Positions 10,029-21,075 of a DNA stretch of 64,000 bases are shown here, piece by piece (the stretch's first letter is position 1; the number at the start of each line of letters is the position of its first letter). Made by a program: the position numbers and the translations under genes. The notes under the pieces are model-generated. The model was not told where the DNA came from, did no database searches, and saw nothing but the letters and a program-made list of their open reading frames with translations. Source of the DNA: Desulfobacterales bacterium (lineage in GTDB: Bacteria > Desulfobacterota > Desulfobacteria > Desulfobacterales > UBA2245). The stretch lies in contig JAXGZF010000006.1 in the NCBI GenBank assembly GCA_040771865.1, positions 186,001 to 250,000 on the forward strand. Reading direction: 5' to 3'.

Positions 10029-11081
10029 ATGAAATCCGCTCCTCTGGTTGTTCCGATTTTTCTGCCTCAGGCCGGATGCCCGCACCAATGCGTTTTCTGC
10101 AATCAATTTGCCATCACAGGCGCCGGCTCTGACTTGCTTCGGCCGGAAGCGGCAAAACATTCCATAGAGACCTTTCTCGCACACCGCATTCACAACCGAA
10201 CCCCTGTTCAGATCGCATTCTTCGGCGGAAATTTTCTGGGGCTGGAATTCGGCCAGATCCGCGGACTCTTGAGTATGGCAACCGATTTTGTGCGCCAAAA
10301 CCGGGTTGACGGCATCCGGTTTTCAACCCGCCCGGATACGGTTCGAGCAGATACGCTGGATGCGATTCGGGAATTTCCCGTTCAGACCGTTGAACTGGGA
10401 GTCCAATCCATGGACGATGCGGTGCTTGCCCATTCCCGCAGAGGGCACACCTCGAATCACACCCGCTTTGCATTTGAATTGCTTCGCAGCAGGGGATATG
10501 AAATCGGCGCTCAGATCATGGCGGGACTTCCCGCGGATTCTTCCGGGAAAACCCTTCAAAGCGCCGAGGCGCTTATCGCTTTACGGCCGGATTTTGTCCG
10601 GATCTATCCAACCGTTGTATTAAAAAACAGCCCTCTGGCCGACTGGTATGCTGAGGGAAAATACCAGCCTCTATCCCTGGAAAGCTGCGTAACGCTGGTC
10701 AAAAAACTATACATGCTATTCCTGCAATACGCGATCCCCGTGATCCGCATGGGGCTTCAGGCCACTGAAGACCTCGATGCTCGAGGCGCCGTTGTCGCCG
10801 GTCCGTATCACCCTGCTTTCGGGCATCTGGTTTTTTCCGAAGCCTTCCTGGATGCGGCGGAGAAATGCCTGTCAGCACTCAGTCCCGTTCCCGACCCCCT
10901 TGTGATCCATGTCCATTCCAAGGATATTCCGAAAATGCGGGGATATAAAAACCGGAACATTCAAACGATTCAAGAACGACACAAAATCGCCGCGCTTCAG
11001 GTTGCTGCTTCAGATCTGATAACGTCCGGCCACATTCAGGTCCATCACTCAGAGCCGGTCCCTGTTTATCCGCCTTTTTGA
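10029..11081 (+). CDS. Radical SAM protein (Elp3/YhcC-like)
   Basis: CPHQCVFC motif, FFGGNF, STRPD, VELGVQS. Confidence 0.88.
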   Translation: MKSAPLVVPIFLPQAGCPHQCVFCNQFAITGAGSDLLRPEAAKHSIETFLAHRIHNRTPVQIAFFGGNFLGLEFGQIRGLLSMATDFVRQNRVDGIRFSTRPDTVRADTLDAIREFPVQTVELGVQSMDDAVLAHSRRGHTSNHTRFAFELLRSRGYEIGAQIMAGLPADSSGKTLQSAEALIALRPDFVRIYPTVVLKNSPLADWYAEGKYQPLSLESCVTLVKKLYMLFLQYAIPVIRMGLQATEDLDARGAVVAGPYHPAFGHLVFSEAFLDAAEKCLSALSPVPDPLVIHVHSKDIPKMRGYKNRNIQTIQERHKIAALQVAASDLITSGHIQVHHSEPVPVYPPF

Positions 11082-11191
11082 CATCAAAGTATTCACAACT
11101 GGTTGAGATTCGGCGTATCAGGTTTCTGATTCGCTTTTCATTCAATTCCCCTTACGAACCGTATTCATTAACTGTTTATGATTTATAGTTC

Positions 11192-11220
11192 TTGACAGAA
11201 CAGGGCGGGTTTAATATGTA
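11192..11220 (+). promoter_or_regulatory. Putative sigma70 promoter of ABC operon
   Basis: TTGACA-17 bp-TATGTA in AT-rich intergenic DNA. Confidence 0.45.
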
Positions 11221-11280
11221 AAAATTTCGATATTTAGAGTCCCGATCACACACTTGAACCATTATTTCCAAGGAGAGATT

Positions 11281-12477
11281 ATGAAGAAAATTGCCTTTAC
11301 TCTGTTTGCGTTTGTGTGTGCAGTCTGTCTGGTCCTGCCCGGCGCATGGGCCGCTGAATCGGTGAAAGTCGGCATCGTGTTGCCCTTAACCGGAGATCAG
11401 GCCAAATTCGGAGAGGTTGAAAAGCTGTCTTTTGAAATGGCGGCGGAAGAGATCAATGCCGCCGGCGGCATCAACGGAAAAACGATGGAACTGCTGATCG
11501 AAGACGATACGGGCAGGCCCGAGGTCGGTCGATCGGTGGTGGAAAAGCTGATCACCAAGGATCAGGTGGTACTGGTCGGCGGCGGTTACAGCAGCTCGGT
11601 GACCTATGCCGCGGCCGGCGTCTGCCAGCAGAAAAAAGTTCCCTTTCTGGTCAACACCGGATCGGCCGACAATATTACAACTTCCGGTTGGGATTATATT
11701 TACCGGTTAAATCCGCCGGTCAGCGAATATGCCGGCGCCATCGAGTCGCTGCTTGGCGAAGTGGTTAAGCCCAAAACCGTCGCTATTCTTTATGAAAACT
11801 CGCTGTTTGGCACCAAGGGCGCCGAATCCTTTGAGAAAAGCTGCAAAAATTTGAACTACGAGATCGTTTTGAAGGAAGGATACGAACATGGCGGCATTGA
11901 TTACAAGCCGGTTCTGATCAAGGTCAAGGAACGCAATCCGGATATTGTCTACATGATCTCCTATGTCATGGATGCCTCTCTGCTGATGAAACAGGCCAAG
12001 GAACTCAAGCTGACTCCCAAGCTGTTCATCGGCGGAGGCGCCGGATTCACTCTTCCGGAATTTGTAACCAACGCCGGCATTGCCTCTGAAAAAGTACTTT
12101 CAGCGACTCTGTGGCATCAGGTGCTGCCCTATCCCGGGGCCATGGATTACTACAACAACTTTGTCGCCAAGTTCAAAAAGGATACCGAGTACCACGGCGC
12201 CGAGGCATACGCAGCCGCCTATGTGATTGCCGATGCGCTGAAGCGCGCGAAGTCCTTTGATCGCAAAGACGTCAAGGAAGCGCTTGCGGCAACCGATATG
12301 ATGACCGTCTTCGGACCCGTTAAGTTCATTGAATATGGAAAGATGAAAAATCAGAACAAGCTTCCGACTTATGTCGTTCAGTGGATCGACGGCAAACTGG
12401 AAATGGTCTGGCCGGCAGATCTTGCCACCAAGCCGTTTACGTATCCCGTAGACTGGATTAAAACCTGGGGATATTAA
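11281..12477 (+). CDS. Branched-chain amino acid-type ABC transporter substrate-binding protein
   Basis: Signal peptide, VKVGIVLPLTG, EINAAGGINGK, GGYSSS (LivK/LivJ-like). Confidence 0.92.
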   Translation: MKKIAFTLFAFVCAVCLVLPGAWAAESVKVGIVLPLTGDQAKFGEVEKLSFEMAAEEINAAGGINGKTMELLIEDDTGRPEVGRSVVEKLITKDQVVLVGGGYSSSVTYAAAGVCQQKKVPFLVNTGSADNITTSGWDYIYRLNPPVSEYAGAIESLLGEVVKPKTVAILYENSLFGTKGAESFEKSCKNLNYEIVLKEGYEHGGIDYKPVLIKVKERNPDIVYMISYVMDASLLMKQAKELKLTPKLFIGGGAGFTLPEFVTNAGIASEKVLSATLWHQVLPYPGAMDYYNNFVAKFKKDTEYHGAEAYAAAYVIADALKRAKSFDRKDVKEALAATDMMTVFGPVKFIEYGKMKNQNKLPTYVVQWIDGKLEMVWPADLATKPFTYPVDWIKTWGY

Positions 12478-12487
12478 TTCTTCACTC

Positions 12488-12521
12488 AAAAAGGGCGGAC
12501 TTCTTCCGGTTCGCCCTTTTT
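12488..12521 (+). terminator. Stem-loop after the binding-protein gene (attenuator or mRNA stabiliser)
   Basis: aaaaagggcggac / gttcgcccttttt. Confidence 0.7.
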
Positions 12522-12568
12522 GATTTTCAATACGACCGTAGATCGAAGTTTACGGAAAGGATCGCCCG

Positions 12569-13444
12569 ATGGATGTCTTTCTCCAAACCGTGGTCGCCGG
12601 GCTCCTGATCGGCGGCATCTACAGCCTGATCGGACTTGGAATGACCCTGATCATGGGGGTTATGGGCATCATCAATCTGGCTCACGGCCAGTTGATGATG
12701 GTGGCCATGTATATTACGTTTGTCATATCGCATTATTTTCATATCGATCCCTACATCTCTCTTCTGGTCTCCATGCCGGCCCTGTTCTTTATCGGCGCGT
12801 TTCTGCAGAAATTTCTGCTCAACCCGCTGATGAAAGTCGAATCCATTCTTCCTGAAAACCAGGTATTGATGACCGTCGGCATCGGCATGGTTCTGGCCGA
12901 GATTGCAAGGTTTATTTTTTCGTCCGATTACAAGACCGTTCAAACGCCATACGGCTCAAAGGCAGTATTTTTGGGAAGCATTTCATTTAATCTGCCCATG
13001 TGCATTGCTTTTCTGGTTGCGGTCGCGTTCACGGTCGCTCTTTTCTGGTTTCTTCTGAAAACTGACATCGGGAGAGCCATCCGCGCCACCGCCCAGGATA
13101 AGGATGCGGCAACCCTGATGGGCGTCAACAGCACACGAATCACCATCATCACCTTCGGTCTCGGTTCCGCGCTGGTGGCTGCGGCGGGTTCGCTTCTGAT
13201 TCCGATCTTCTATCTGTTTCCGGATATCGGCGGGCCTTTTACCTTAAAGGCTTTTGTTATTACGATCCTCGGCGGACTGGGAAGCACGGTCGGCGCTATT
13301 ATGGGCGGGCTGGTGCTGGGAATTGCCGAATCTCTGGGCGCAACCTACATCGGCATGGGTTATAAAGAGATGGTCGGACTTGTGATTTTCGTGCTGGTGC
13401 TTGTGTTCCTGCCCGGCGGGCTGAAACGCTTGACAAAGATTTAG
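12569..13444 (+). CDS. livH: BCAA ABC transporter permease (LivH-like)
   Basis: [25 protein letters not shown]. Confidence 0.88.
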   Translation: MDVFLQTVVAGLLIGGIYSLIGLGMTLIMGVMGIINLAHGQLMMVAMYITFVISHYFHIDPYISLLVSMPALFFIGAFLQKFLLNPLMKVESILPENQVLMTVGIGMVLAEIARFIFSSDYKTVQTPYGSKAVFLGSISFNLPMCIAFLVAVAFTVALFWFLLKTDIGRAIRATAQDKDAATLMGVNSTRITIITFGLGSALVAAAGSLLIPIFYLFPDIGGPFTLKAFVITILGGLGSTVGAIMGGLVLGIAESLGATYIGMGYKEMVGLVIFVLVLVFLPGGLKRLTKI

Positions 13445-13452
13445 AGGCTTCG

Positions 13453-14412
13453 ATGAAAAATAATGTAATTCTCGCCATACTTGGAATCGTATTTCTCGTT
13501 TTTCCGCTGGTAGTCAAATCCGATTATTATCAGCATCTGGTCATCATCGCCCTGATGTGGGTGGTCATCGGCTCTTCGTGGAACCTTCTTGCGGGCTACA
13601 CCGGTCAGGTTTCGTTCGGCCACGCCATTTTCTTCGGAGTCGGCGCCTATACGGCGGGCATTCTCTTCAGCAAGCTTGGGATTTCTCCATGGTGGGGCAT
13701 GCTGGCAGGCGGAATCTCCTCAATGCTGATCGGCCTTTTTGTCGGCTGGGTATGTTTCCGGCTTCGAGGCCCGTACTTTGCCCTGGCCACGCTGGCCGGC
13801 GGGGAAATTTTCCGCCTGATCGCCACCAACTGGGAAAGCCTGACCGAGGGCATGGTCGGCATTCTGATCATTCCCTCGTTTGAAAGCAAATTGCCGTATT
13901 ACTATATTGCCCTTCTGCTGGCTGCGGGCTGTATTTTTGCCATTCATATCGTCATGCAATCCAAGTGGGGATATTATTTTGTTTCCATTCGCGAAAATCA
14001 GGATGCGGCGGAATCACTGGGAATCAACACCACGCTTTACAAAAATGTATCATTGCTGGTCAGTTCGATGTTTACCGGCATGGCCGGCGCTTTTTACATG
14101 AACTACATGGGCTTTATCGATCCCCAGGTGGTTTTTTCTCTGCATTATATCTCCATCATGTCGATTCTTGTTGGAATCGTCGGCGGTGTGGCCACCATCA
14201 TGGGCCCTGCGGTGGGTGCATTTATCATGGTGGGTGTTCAGGAAACATTTCGAAGCGCCTTCTTCGGTCTGGCCCCTCAGTGGATCAGCGAGGCCCACGC
14301 CCTTGTCTTCGGGCTTCTGGTAATTTTTGTCATCATGTTTCTGGCCAACGGCATTGTGGGCGATTGGGGCAAAATCAAACGCAATGTATTTAGAATCAGG
14401 GCATCCAGTTAA
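13453..14412 (+). CDS. livM: BCAA ABC transporter permease (LivM-like)
   Basis: WNLLAGYTGQVSFGH, RLRGPYFALAT, IRENQDAAESLG. Confidence 0.88.
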   Translation: MKNNVILAILGIVFLVFPLVVKSDYYQHLVIIALMWVVIGSSWNLLAGYTGQVSFGHAIFFGVGAYTAGILFSKLGISPWWGMLAGGISSMLIGLFVGWVCFRLRGPYFALATLAGGEIFRLIATNWESLTEGMVGILIIPSFESKLPYYYIALLLAAGCIFAIHIVMQSKWGYYFVSIRENQDAAESLGINTTLYKNVSLLVSSMFTGMAGAFYMNYMGFIDPQVVFSLHYISIMSILVGIVGGVATIMGPAVGAFIMVGVQETFRSAFFGLAPQWISEAHALVFGLLVIFVIMFLANGIVGDWGKIKRNVFRIRASS

Positions 14413-14425
14413 TTAGGAGAGATCA

Positions 14426-15151
14426 ATGAAACTCCTTGAAGTAAAAAATCTCACCAAAGCTTTCGGCGGGCTGAAGGCGGTTAACGATGTTTCATTTACC
14501 GTAGCAAAAGGAGAAATCCTCGGTTTGATCGGCCCCAACGGATCCGGCAAAACCACCACGTTTAACTGCATTAATCAATTTTATCCCATCACATCCGGCG
14601 ATATCCTTTTTAAAGGGAAAAGCCTTCGTGACTTAAAAACTTATGAAATCTGCAAGCTGGGCATCGGAAGGACCTTTCAGGTGGTCAAGCCGCTTGCTCG
14701 AATGACTGTTCTTGAAAATGTGACGGCATCGGCCTTCTGTCGCGTCAACTCCATCAAGAGCGCCAAAGAAGTGGCCGGCGAGGTGCTTGAGTTCTGCAAC
14801 CTCTGGAAGGATAAGGACAAACTGGCCAAGAGTCTTCCCATTGGTGGCCGAAAACGCCTTGAAATCGCTCGAGCGCTGGCCACCAGACCGGAATTGCTCC
14901 TTCTCGATGAAACCGCTGCCGGGTTGAATCCATCGGAACTGGACGAAGCGATCGATCTGATCATCAAGATGCGTGAAAGCGGCATCACGATTCTGATTGT
15001 CGAACACATTATGAAGGTCATTATGACCATTTCGGATCGGATCCACGCGATTAATTTCGGCCAGACCATTGCCGAAGGAAGCCCTGAACAAGTCGCCAAC
15101 AATCCAGCGGTAATTGAGGCCTATCTGGGAGAGGAATATGCTCAAGGTTAA
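14426..15151 (+). CDS. livG: BCAA ABC transporter ATP-binding protein (LivG-like)
   Basis: FGGLKAV, GPNGSGKT, GIGRTFQ, LLLDE, EAYLG. Confidence 0.9.
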   Translation: MKLLEVKNLTKAFGGLKAVNDVSFTVAKGEILGLIGPNGSGKTTTFNCINQFYPITSGDILFKGKSLRDLKTYEICKLGIGRTFQVVKPLARMTVLENVTASAFCRVNSIKSAKEVAGEVLEFCNLWKDKDKLAKSLPIGGRKRLEIARALATRPELLLLDETAAGLNPSELDEAIDLIIKMRESGITILIVEHIMKVIMTISDRIHAINFGQTIAEGSPEQVANNPAVIEAYLGEEYAQG

Positions 15152-15842
15152 CTCGATCAATGTGTATTATGGAGATTTGCAGGTCCTCTGGGACGTTTCC
15201 TTTGACGTTAAGGAAAAAGAAATTCTGGTGCTGGTGGGCGCCAACGGGGCGGGAAAATCCACCATCATTCGTACCGTTTCTTCCCTGCTGACGCCCAAAA
15301 CCGGATCCATCGAATTCGGCGGTATCAGGCTGGATCGGCTTCCGCCCAACAAAATCATCGAACAGGGCATCGTTCATGTCCCTGAAGGCCGCCGCCTGTT
15401 TTCTGAAATGAGCGTGGAGGAAAACCTCATCATGGGGTCTCTAAACGGAGAAGCCAAGCACAAGCGTTACCAGACCATGGATTATGTGTACACGCTTTTC
15501 CCGCGGCTGAAAGAGAGGCGCAAACAGATGGCCGGTACGCTTTCCGGCGGCGAACAGCAGATGCTGGCCATCGGAAGGGGTCTGATGTCGCTGCCCAAGG
15601 TAATGATGTTTGATGAGCCGTCGCTGGGACTTTCACCCCTGCTCGTTCAGGATGTTTTCAAACTGGTCCGCACGATCAATGCCGAGGGCGTAACGGTTCT
15701 TCTGGTTGAACAAAACGTGAGACAGACCCTGGGAATGTGCCATCGCGCCTATGTTCTGGAAAACGGGCGCATCGTTCTGCATGGCACCGGCAAAGAGCTG
15801 CTGGAAAACGAACAGGTCAAGGAGGCATTTCTGGGAATATGA
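15138..15842 (+). CDS. livF: BCAA ABC transporter ATP-binding protein (LivF-like)
   Basis: GANGAGKS, VPEGRRLF, LSGGEQQM, DEPSLGL. Confidence 0.9.
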   Translation: MLKVNSINVYYGDLQVLWDVSFDVKEKEILVLVGANGAGKSTIIRTVSSLLTPKTGSIEFGGIRLDRLPPNKIIEQGIVHVPEGRRLFSEMSVEENLIMGSLNGEAKHKRYQTMDYVYTLFPRLKERRKQMAGTLSGGEQQMLAIGRGLMSLPKVMMFDEPSLGLSPLLVQDVFKLVRTINAEGVTVLLVEQNVRQTLGMCHRAYVLENGRIVLHGTGKELLENEQVKEAFLGI

Positions 15843-15857
15843 ATCCGGCTCGTTGTC

Positions 15858-18248
15858 TTAAAGATCGGATTTATAAAACTGCTCGGAATCGGAAACGGCC
15901 GATGAATATTCCATAGGAACGGTGCCTTCCTTGAAACACTCAAACAGGATGTTTCTGGATGTCGGTATCGGCAACAGGCCGGTATCGGCATCAATTTTTG
16001 AAAACACCACTCCCTCCGGAACCTGAAACACGCTCACGGGCTTGCCTGCAAGCGCCCGCTGCATGAATTCCAGCCAGATGGGGCTTGCCGCCCGTGAACC
16101 GGTTTCTCCCCTGCCGAGAGGTTTCTCTTCATCAAATCCGACCCAGGTTCCGGTGACGTATTCGGGCGTATATCCGATAAACCAGGCATCAAAAAGATTG
16201 TTCGTAGTTCCGGTCTTGCCCGCGGCCGGCCGGTTCAGGGCTTTGATTCTCTGGCCGGTTCCTTCATTTACCACGCTTTCCAGTAGACTGGTCATGATAT
16301 AGGCGGTACTCTTTTCAATCACCATTCTGGGAACAACCGCTGCCGCTTCGATCACGTTTCCATCCCGGTCTTCAATCCGCCTGATAAATACCGGTTCGAT
16401 CAAATACCCCTGATTGGCGAATACCGAATAGGCTTTCACCAGTTCAAGGAGGGATACCCCGGATGATCCCAGCGCAATGGTCAGATCCCGGCTCAATGGG
16501 GAGCTGATGCCGAGATTCCGGGCATAATCAATGGCATAATCGATACTGATATCCTGCAACAGCTTGACTGTGACCACATTTCGGGATTGGGCAAGTGCGT
16601 CGCGAAACAGGATTCGTCCCTGAAACCGGCCCTCATAATTTTTGGGCTTCCAGGTAAGGTTTGGATCGGCATTTTCGTAAACAACCGGCGAATCAATTAA
16701 GACAGTAGCCGGTGTATACCCTTTGTCCAGTGCGGCAGCATAGATGACGGGCTTGAACGCGGAGCCCGGCTGCCTTCTGGACTGAACCGCCCGGTTGTAC
16801 TGGCTCTTCTTGAAATCTCTGCCGCCGACCAGGGCCTTTACCTCCCCGGTTTCAGCCTCCAGGCACAGCAAGGCACCCTGAACCCCGGATGGCTGCTCGA
16901 TCTGAAGATTCCAGAGACCTGTTTTATGATTCTTTTTCTGAAGGCGCACAGGAATCACGTCTCCGACATGCAGAATCTCGTCCTCGCGGTCAATACGGGT
17001 TTTTTGACTGGTATCCGCGGAATCCGGCTTTGAGGCCCATCGCATTGAATCCATTTGCAGCCTTCCCCGACCGCCGCGCAAACGAATGGATGCAGACGGG
17101 TCCTGTAAATCAATGCCGATGACCACGCCCTGAACGATTCGTCCTGCTTCCAGCGGCCCCTCGTTTTCCTGCTTCTGAAAAAAAGATTCAACCTCATCGG
17201 TTTTCAGGCGTTTACGCTGGCTGCGGTAGCCATGGCGCTTGTCCAGCTCCCTTAAACCATTCAGAAGCGCATCCTGCGCCATCTTCTGCATCTCGATATT
17301 TACTGCCGTGTAAATTTTAAGCCCTTGATGATACAGAGCATCGGCGCCATATTGATTCTCTACGTACTGCCGGACATATTCCGTATAATACGGCACCTGT
17401 TCAATATACCAATTTTTTCGGGACTTGATGTCTACGGGCGTATTGATGGCTTCCGTCGCCTGAATGTTGGAGATATATCCTTCCGAGGTCATGCGGTTCA
17501 GCACATAGATCTGACGCTCTTTCGCGCGTTCGGGATACTGGAACGGGGAATACCGGCTGGGCGCCTGCGGAAGGCCTGCAAGCATCGAAGTCTCGGAGAG
17601 GTTCAAGTCCTTTGCGGATTTGCCGAAATAATTTTCAGCCGCGGCCTCCACGCCGTAAGCGCCATGCCCTAAATAGATCTGGTTGAGATACAGGAAAAGG
17701 ATTTCCTCCTTGCTGAAGCGGCGGTCAATCCGATAGGCCAGAATCGCTTCCTTGAGCTTGCGGCGGTAGCTCTTTTCGGGGGTCAGAAAAAAAGACTTCG
17801 CCAACTGCTGGGTGATCGTACTTCCGCCCTGAACGATGGCGCCTGCCTCGATATTCTTGAAAAACGCTCGAACAATGCTGTAGATATCAATTCCCTGATG
17901 CGCGAAAAATCGAGAATCTTCGGCGGAGATAAAAGCCTGAATCAAGGTTTCAGGCATCTCGGAAAGCGGAATCACAATTCGTCGCTCTTTATAAAATTCG
18001 CCGATCTTTCGATTGTCGTCGGAATAAACCGAGGTGATGATGGACGGCCGGTAGTCTAAAAGAGACGATATTTTCGGAAGATCCCGGCCGACATACCAGT
18101 ACGCGATTCCGCCGGCCGCTGCCGCGGCGACCAGCCCGAGTAAAACAAGCCCAAGTCCCCATCGCACCATTCTTCCGCCCCATCCGGGCTCAATTCTTTT
18201 GGCTCGTTTCCTCAAGATGCCGGATGTGTTTTGCAGATGTTCTTCCAT
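15858..18248 (-). CDS. mrcA: Penicillin-binding protein 1A (class A PBP)
   Basis: TM anchor, glycosyltransferase motifs EDSRF, GGSTITQQ, RKLKE; transpeptidase SAFK, SRN, KTG; start uncertain (18248 chosen). Confidence 0.93.
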   Translation of the reverse strand: MEEHLQNTSGILRKRAKRIEPGWGGRMVRWGLGLVLLGLVAAAAAGGIAYWYVGRDLPKISSLLDYRPSIITSVYSDDNRKIGEFYKERRIVIPLSEMPETLIQAFISAEDSRFFAHQGIDIYSIVRAFFKNIEAGAIVQGGSTITQQLAKSFFLTPEKSYRRKLKEAILAYRIDRRFSKEEILFLYLNQIYLGHGAYGVEAAAENYFGKSAKDLNLSETSMLAGLPQAPSRYSPFQYPERAKERQIYVLNRMTSEGYISNIQATEAINTPVDIKSRKNWYIEQVPYYTEYVRQYVENQYGADALYHQGLKIYTAVNIEMQKMAQDALLNGLRELDKRHGYRSQRKRLKTDEVESFFQKQENEGPLEAGRIVQGVVIGIDLQDPSASIRLRGGRGRLQMDSMRWASKPDSADTSQKTRIDREDEILHVGDVIPVRLQKKNHKTGLWNLQIEQPSGVQGALLCLEAETGEVKALVGGRDFKKSQYNRAVQSRRQPGSAFKPVIYAAALDKGYTPATVLIDSPVVYENADPNLTWKPKNYEGRFQGRILFRDALAQSRNVVTVKLLQDISIDYAIDYARNLGISSPLSRDLTIALGSSGVSLLELVKAYSVFANQGYLIEPVFIRRIEDRDGNVIEAAAVVPRMVIEKSTAYIMTSLLESVVNEGTGQRIKALNRPAAGKTGTTNNLFDAWFIGYTPEYVTGTWVGFDEEKPLGRGETGSRAASPIWLEFMQRALAGKPVSVFQVPEGVVFSKIDADTGLLPIPTSRNILFECFKEGTVPMEYSSAVSDSEQFYKSDL

Positions 18249-18613
18249 CGACCTTTGTTTCCAAATCATGCAGCCGCTCGAAGTGAGCGGCTTATTTTTT
18301 CCAATTATAATTTTGAATATGCTAACAGATATATCGGCAACAAGCAAGGCGCTGTCGAGCATGTTCCACGGGGCCCCTGATTGCGGAACCGTTCATTGTT
18401 TTCATCCATGCTGAAAAGCGCACGGAAAATAATCTGAATCAGGCGGAAAAACAATTTGACTTTGCCATGGCGAATAGGGTAATTAATTACGTTTTATGGT
18501 TTACGGATACTCTTGGAATGTTTCAATTTTCTGGAAAACCGCATTCCGGAAAAACTTCTGTCAAAGATTTATTGTGATGACCGGCCCTGTGCGTCGATCC
18601 TGGAAAAAACGAT

Positions 18614-18994
18614 ATGATTGAACTGGATTTTAAGAAACTGGACGGTCTGGTACCCGCGATTGCTCAGGATTACCGCACCGGCGAAGTCTTGATGGTCGGA
18701 TTTATGAACCAGGAAGCCTGGAAACAAACGCTTTCCACGGGCCGCGCCACCTATTTCAGCCGCTCCCGCAACAAACTCTGGTTAAAAGGCGAATCTTCCG
18801 GACATTTTCAGATCATCCACGAAATTAGAATCGACTGCGATGACGATACGGTGCTGTTGCGGGTGGAACAGATTGGAACCGCCGCCTGCCACACCGGGCA
18901 TGTCAGCTGTTTTCACAAAAAGGTTAATGCCGATGGCACGATAGAAATCATTGGAAAACCGGTATTTGATCCAAAAGAGGTGTATGACAAATGA
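18614..18994 (+). CDS. hisI: Phosphoribosyl-AMP cyclohydrolase
   Basis: [28 protein letters not shown]. Confidence 0.95.
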   Translation: MIELDFKKLDGLVPAIAQDYRTGEVLMVGFMNQEAWKQTLSTGRATYFSRSRNKLWLKGESSGHFQIIHEIRIDCDDDTVLLRVEQIGTAACHTGHVSCFHKKVNADGTIEIIGKPVFDPKEVYDK

Positions 18995-19866
18995 ATTCCA
19001 TATTGAAGCTCGGCATTCCGAAAGGAAGTCTTCAGGATGCGACGATCGCTCTTTTTCAGCGTTCAGGATGGAAAATTTCGGTCAATGAACGCAGTTATTT
19101 TCCCGAAATCAATGACGACGCCATAACCTGCGCCATATGCCGCGCCCAGGAAATGTCCCGGTACGTTGAAAACGGCACCCTGGATGCGGGACTGACCGGC
19201 AAGGACTGGATCGCCGAGAACGGTTCCGATGTTCATGTGGTTGCCGATCTGATCTACTCCAAGGTCAGCTCCCGGCCCGCCAGGTGGGTTCTGGCGGTGC
19301 CGTACGAATCACCCATTCAAAGCCTTGAGCAGCTGAAGGGGAAAAAGATCGCCACGGAACTGGTGCAGTTCACCAAACAGTATTTTTCCAGCCGAAATAT
19401 TCCCGTGGAGGTCGAGTTCTCCTGGGGCGCCACTGAGGCGAAAGTCGTTTCCGGGCTGGCCGACGCCATCGTTGAGGTCACCGAAACCGGCAGCACCATC
19501 AAGGCGCATGGGCTTCGCATCATTCAGGATCTGATGCAGACCAATACCCAGCTGATCGCCAATCATGCCGCCTTTGAAGATCCCTTGAAAAAGGAAAAAA
19601 TCGAACAGATCGCCCTGCTGCTCAAAGGCGCTCTGCTGGGAGAGAAGCTGGTCGGCCTGAAAATGAACGTGCCCGAATGCAAGCTGAAGGCAGTCGTGAA
19701 CCTGCTTCCGAGCCTGAATGCGCCGACGGTTTCGCCGCTTTACCAGTCAGACTGGTTTTCCGTGGAAACGGTTGTGGATACCAGCCAGGTTCGGGATCTG
19801 ATTCCTGTTCTTCTCAAGCAGGGCGCTCAGGGCATCATAGAATATCCGCTGAACAAGGTGGTATAG
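18991..19866 (+). CDS. hisG: ATP phosphoribosyltransferase (long form)
   Basis: [33 protein letters not shown]-terminal regulatory domain. Confidence 0.95.
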   Translation: MNSILKLGIPKGSLQDATIALFQRSGWKISVNERSYFPEINDDAITCAICRAQEMSRYVENGTLDAGLTGKDWIAENGSDVHVVADLIYSKVSSRPARWVLAVPYESPIQSLEQLKGKKIATELVQFTKQYFSSRNIPVEVEFSWGATEAKVVSGLADAIVEVTETGSTIKAHGLRIIQDLMQTNTQLIANHAAFEDPLKKEKIEQIALLLKGALLGEKLVGLKMNVPECKLKAVVNLLPSLNAPTVSPLYQSDWFSVETVVDTSQVRDLIPVLLKQGAQGIIEYPLNKVV

Positions 19867-19902
19867 GACTGAACTGATAACCTGTGATCATTGGAAGGGT
19901 GT

Positions 19903-21075
19903 ATGATTTCATCGCGATTAAACGGCATCACCTCCTTTATCGTCATGGATGTGCTTGAAAAAGCGCACGAGATGGAGAACCAGGGCATCAATATCATTCA
20001 TCTTGAGGTCGGCGAACCGGATTTTGACACGCCCAGATGCGTAAAGCAAGCCGCGATCAAGGCCTATGAATCCGGTTGCACCCATTACACTCACAGCCTG
20101 GGCATGCTCGAACTGCGTGAAGCGATCTCCCGATATTATTTGGAAACCTATGGCGTTGCGGTCAATCCAGATCAGGTCATCATCTGTTCGGGAACCTCTC
20201 CGGCCATGCTGCTGGCTTTTGCGGTTCTGCTGGAAAAAGGCGACGAGGTCGTCATCTCAAATCCGCACTATTCCTGCTATCCCAACTTCATCAAATTTCT
20301 GGAAGGCGTACCGGTCAAGGTGCCGGTTTACGAGGAGGACGGTTTCCAACTGCGGCCGGAAATGATTCGATCGAAACTGTCTTCGAAAACGAGAGCCATT
20401 TTTCTCAACTCCCCATCCAATCCGACCGGCAACCTTTTATCCGAGGAACGCATGCGGGAAATCGTCCGGCTGGGCAGGCTGATCATTTCCGACGAAATCT
20501 ATCACGGTCTTGTTTACGAAGGCAAGGAACACTGCATTCTGGAATTTACCGACAACGCCTTTGTCTTGAACGGTTTTTCCAAGCTTTTTGCGATGACCGG
20601 GTTGCGGATCGGGTATCTGATCGCGCCAAAACCCTATATCCGTCCCATGCAGAAACTGCAGCAGAACTTTTTCATCTCGGCCAACTCGGAGGTTCAGAAA
20701 TCGGCGATCGCCGCGCTTCAATGCGCGGGTCCGGACGTCGCCCGCATGAAGGAAATTTACAATCAGCGGCGAAAATACATGATTTCCCGCCTCAAGCAAA
20801 TGGGTTTTAAAATTCCGGTCGAACCCACCGGCGCCTTCTATGTATTTGTCAATGCCCGGCATCTTTCAAAGGATTCCTATGGCCTAGCATTTGATATTCT
20901 GGAACAGGCGCATGTCGGCGTGGCGCCGGGAATTGATTTTGGAGAAAACGGGGAAGGATATCTTCGCTTTTCCTATGCCAATTCTCTGGAAAATATCGCC
21001 GAAGGCATGGACCGCCTTGAACGATATCTGGAGAACCGGCGCGCTCGAAGCATAACGGCGCCATGTCAAACATGA
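19903..21075 (+). CDS. PLP-dependent class I/II aminotransferase
   Basis: GEPDF, NSPSNPTG, SDEIY, GFSKLFAMTGLRIG, GAFY, LRFSY. Confidence 0.92.
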   Translation: MISSRLNGITSFIVMDVLEKAHEMENQGINIIHLEVGEPDFDTPRCVKQAAIKAYESGCTHYTHSLGMLELREAISRYYLETYGVAVNPDQVIICSGTSPAMLLAFAVLLEKGDEVVISNPHYSCYPNFIKFLEGVPVKVPVYEEDGFQLRPEMIRSKLSSKTRAIFLNSPSNPTGNLLSEERMREIVRLGRLIISDEIYHGLVYEGKEHCILEFTDNAFVLNGFSKLFAMTGLRIGYLIAPKPYIRPMQKLQQNFFISANSEVQKSAIAALQCAGPDVARMKEIYNQRRKYMISRLKQMGFKIPVEPTGAFYVFVNARHLSKDSYGLAFDILEQAHVGVAPGIDFGENGEGYLRFSYANSLENIAEGMDRLERYLENRRARSITAPCQT

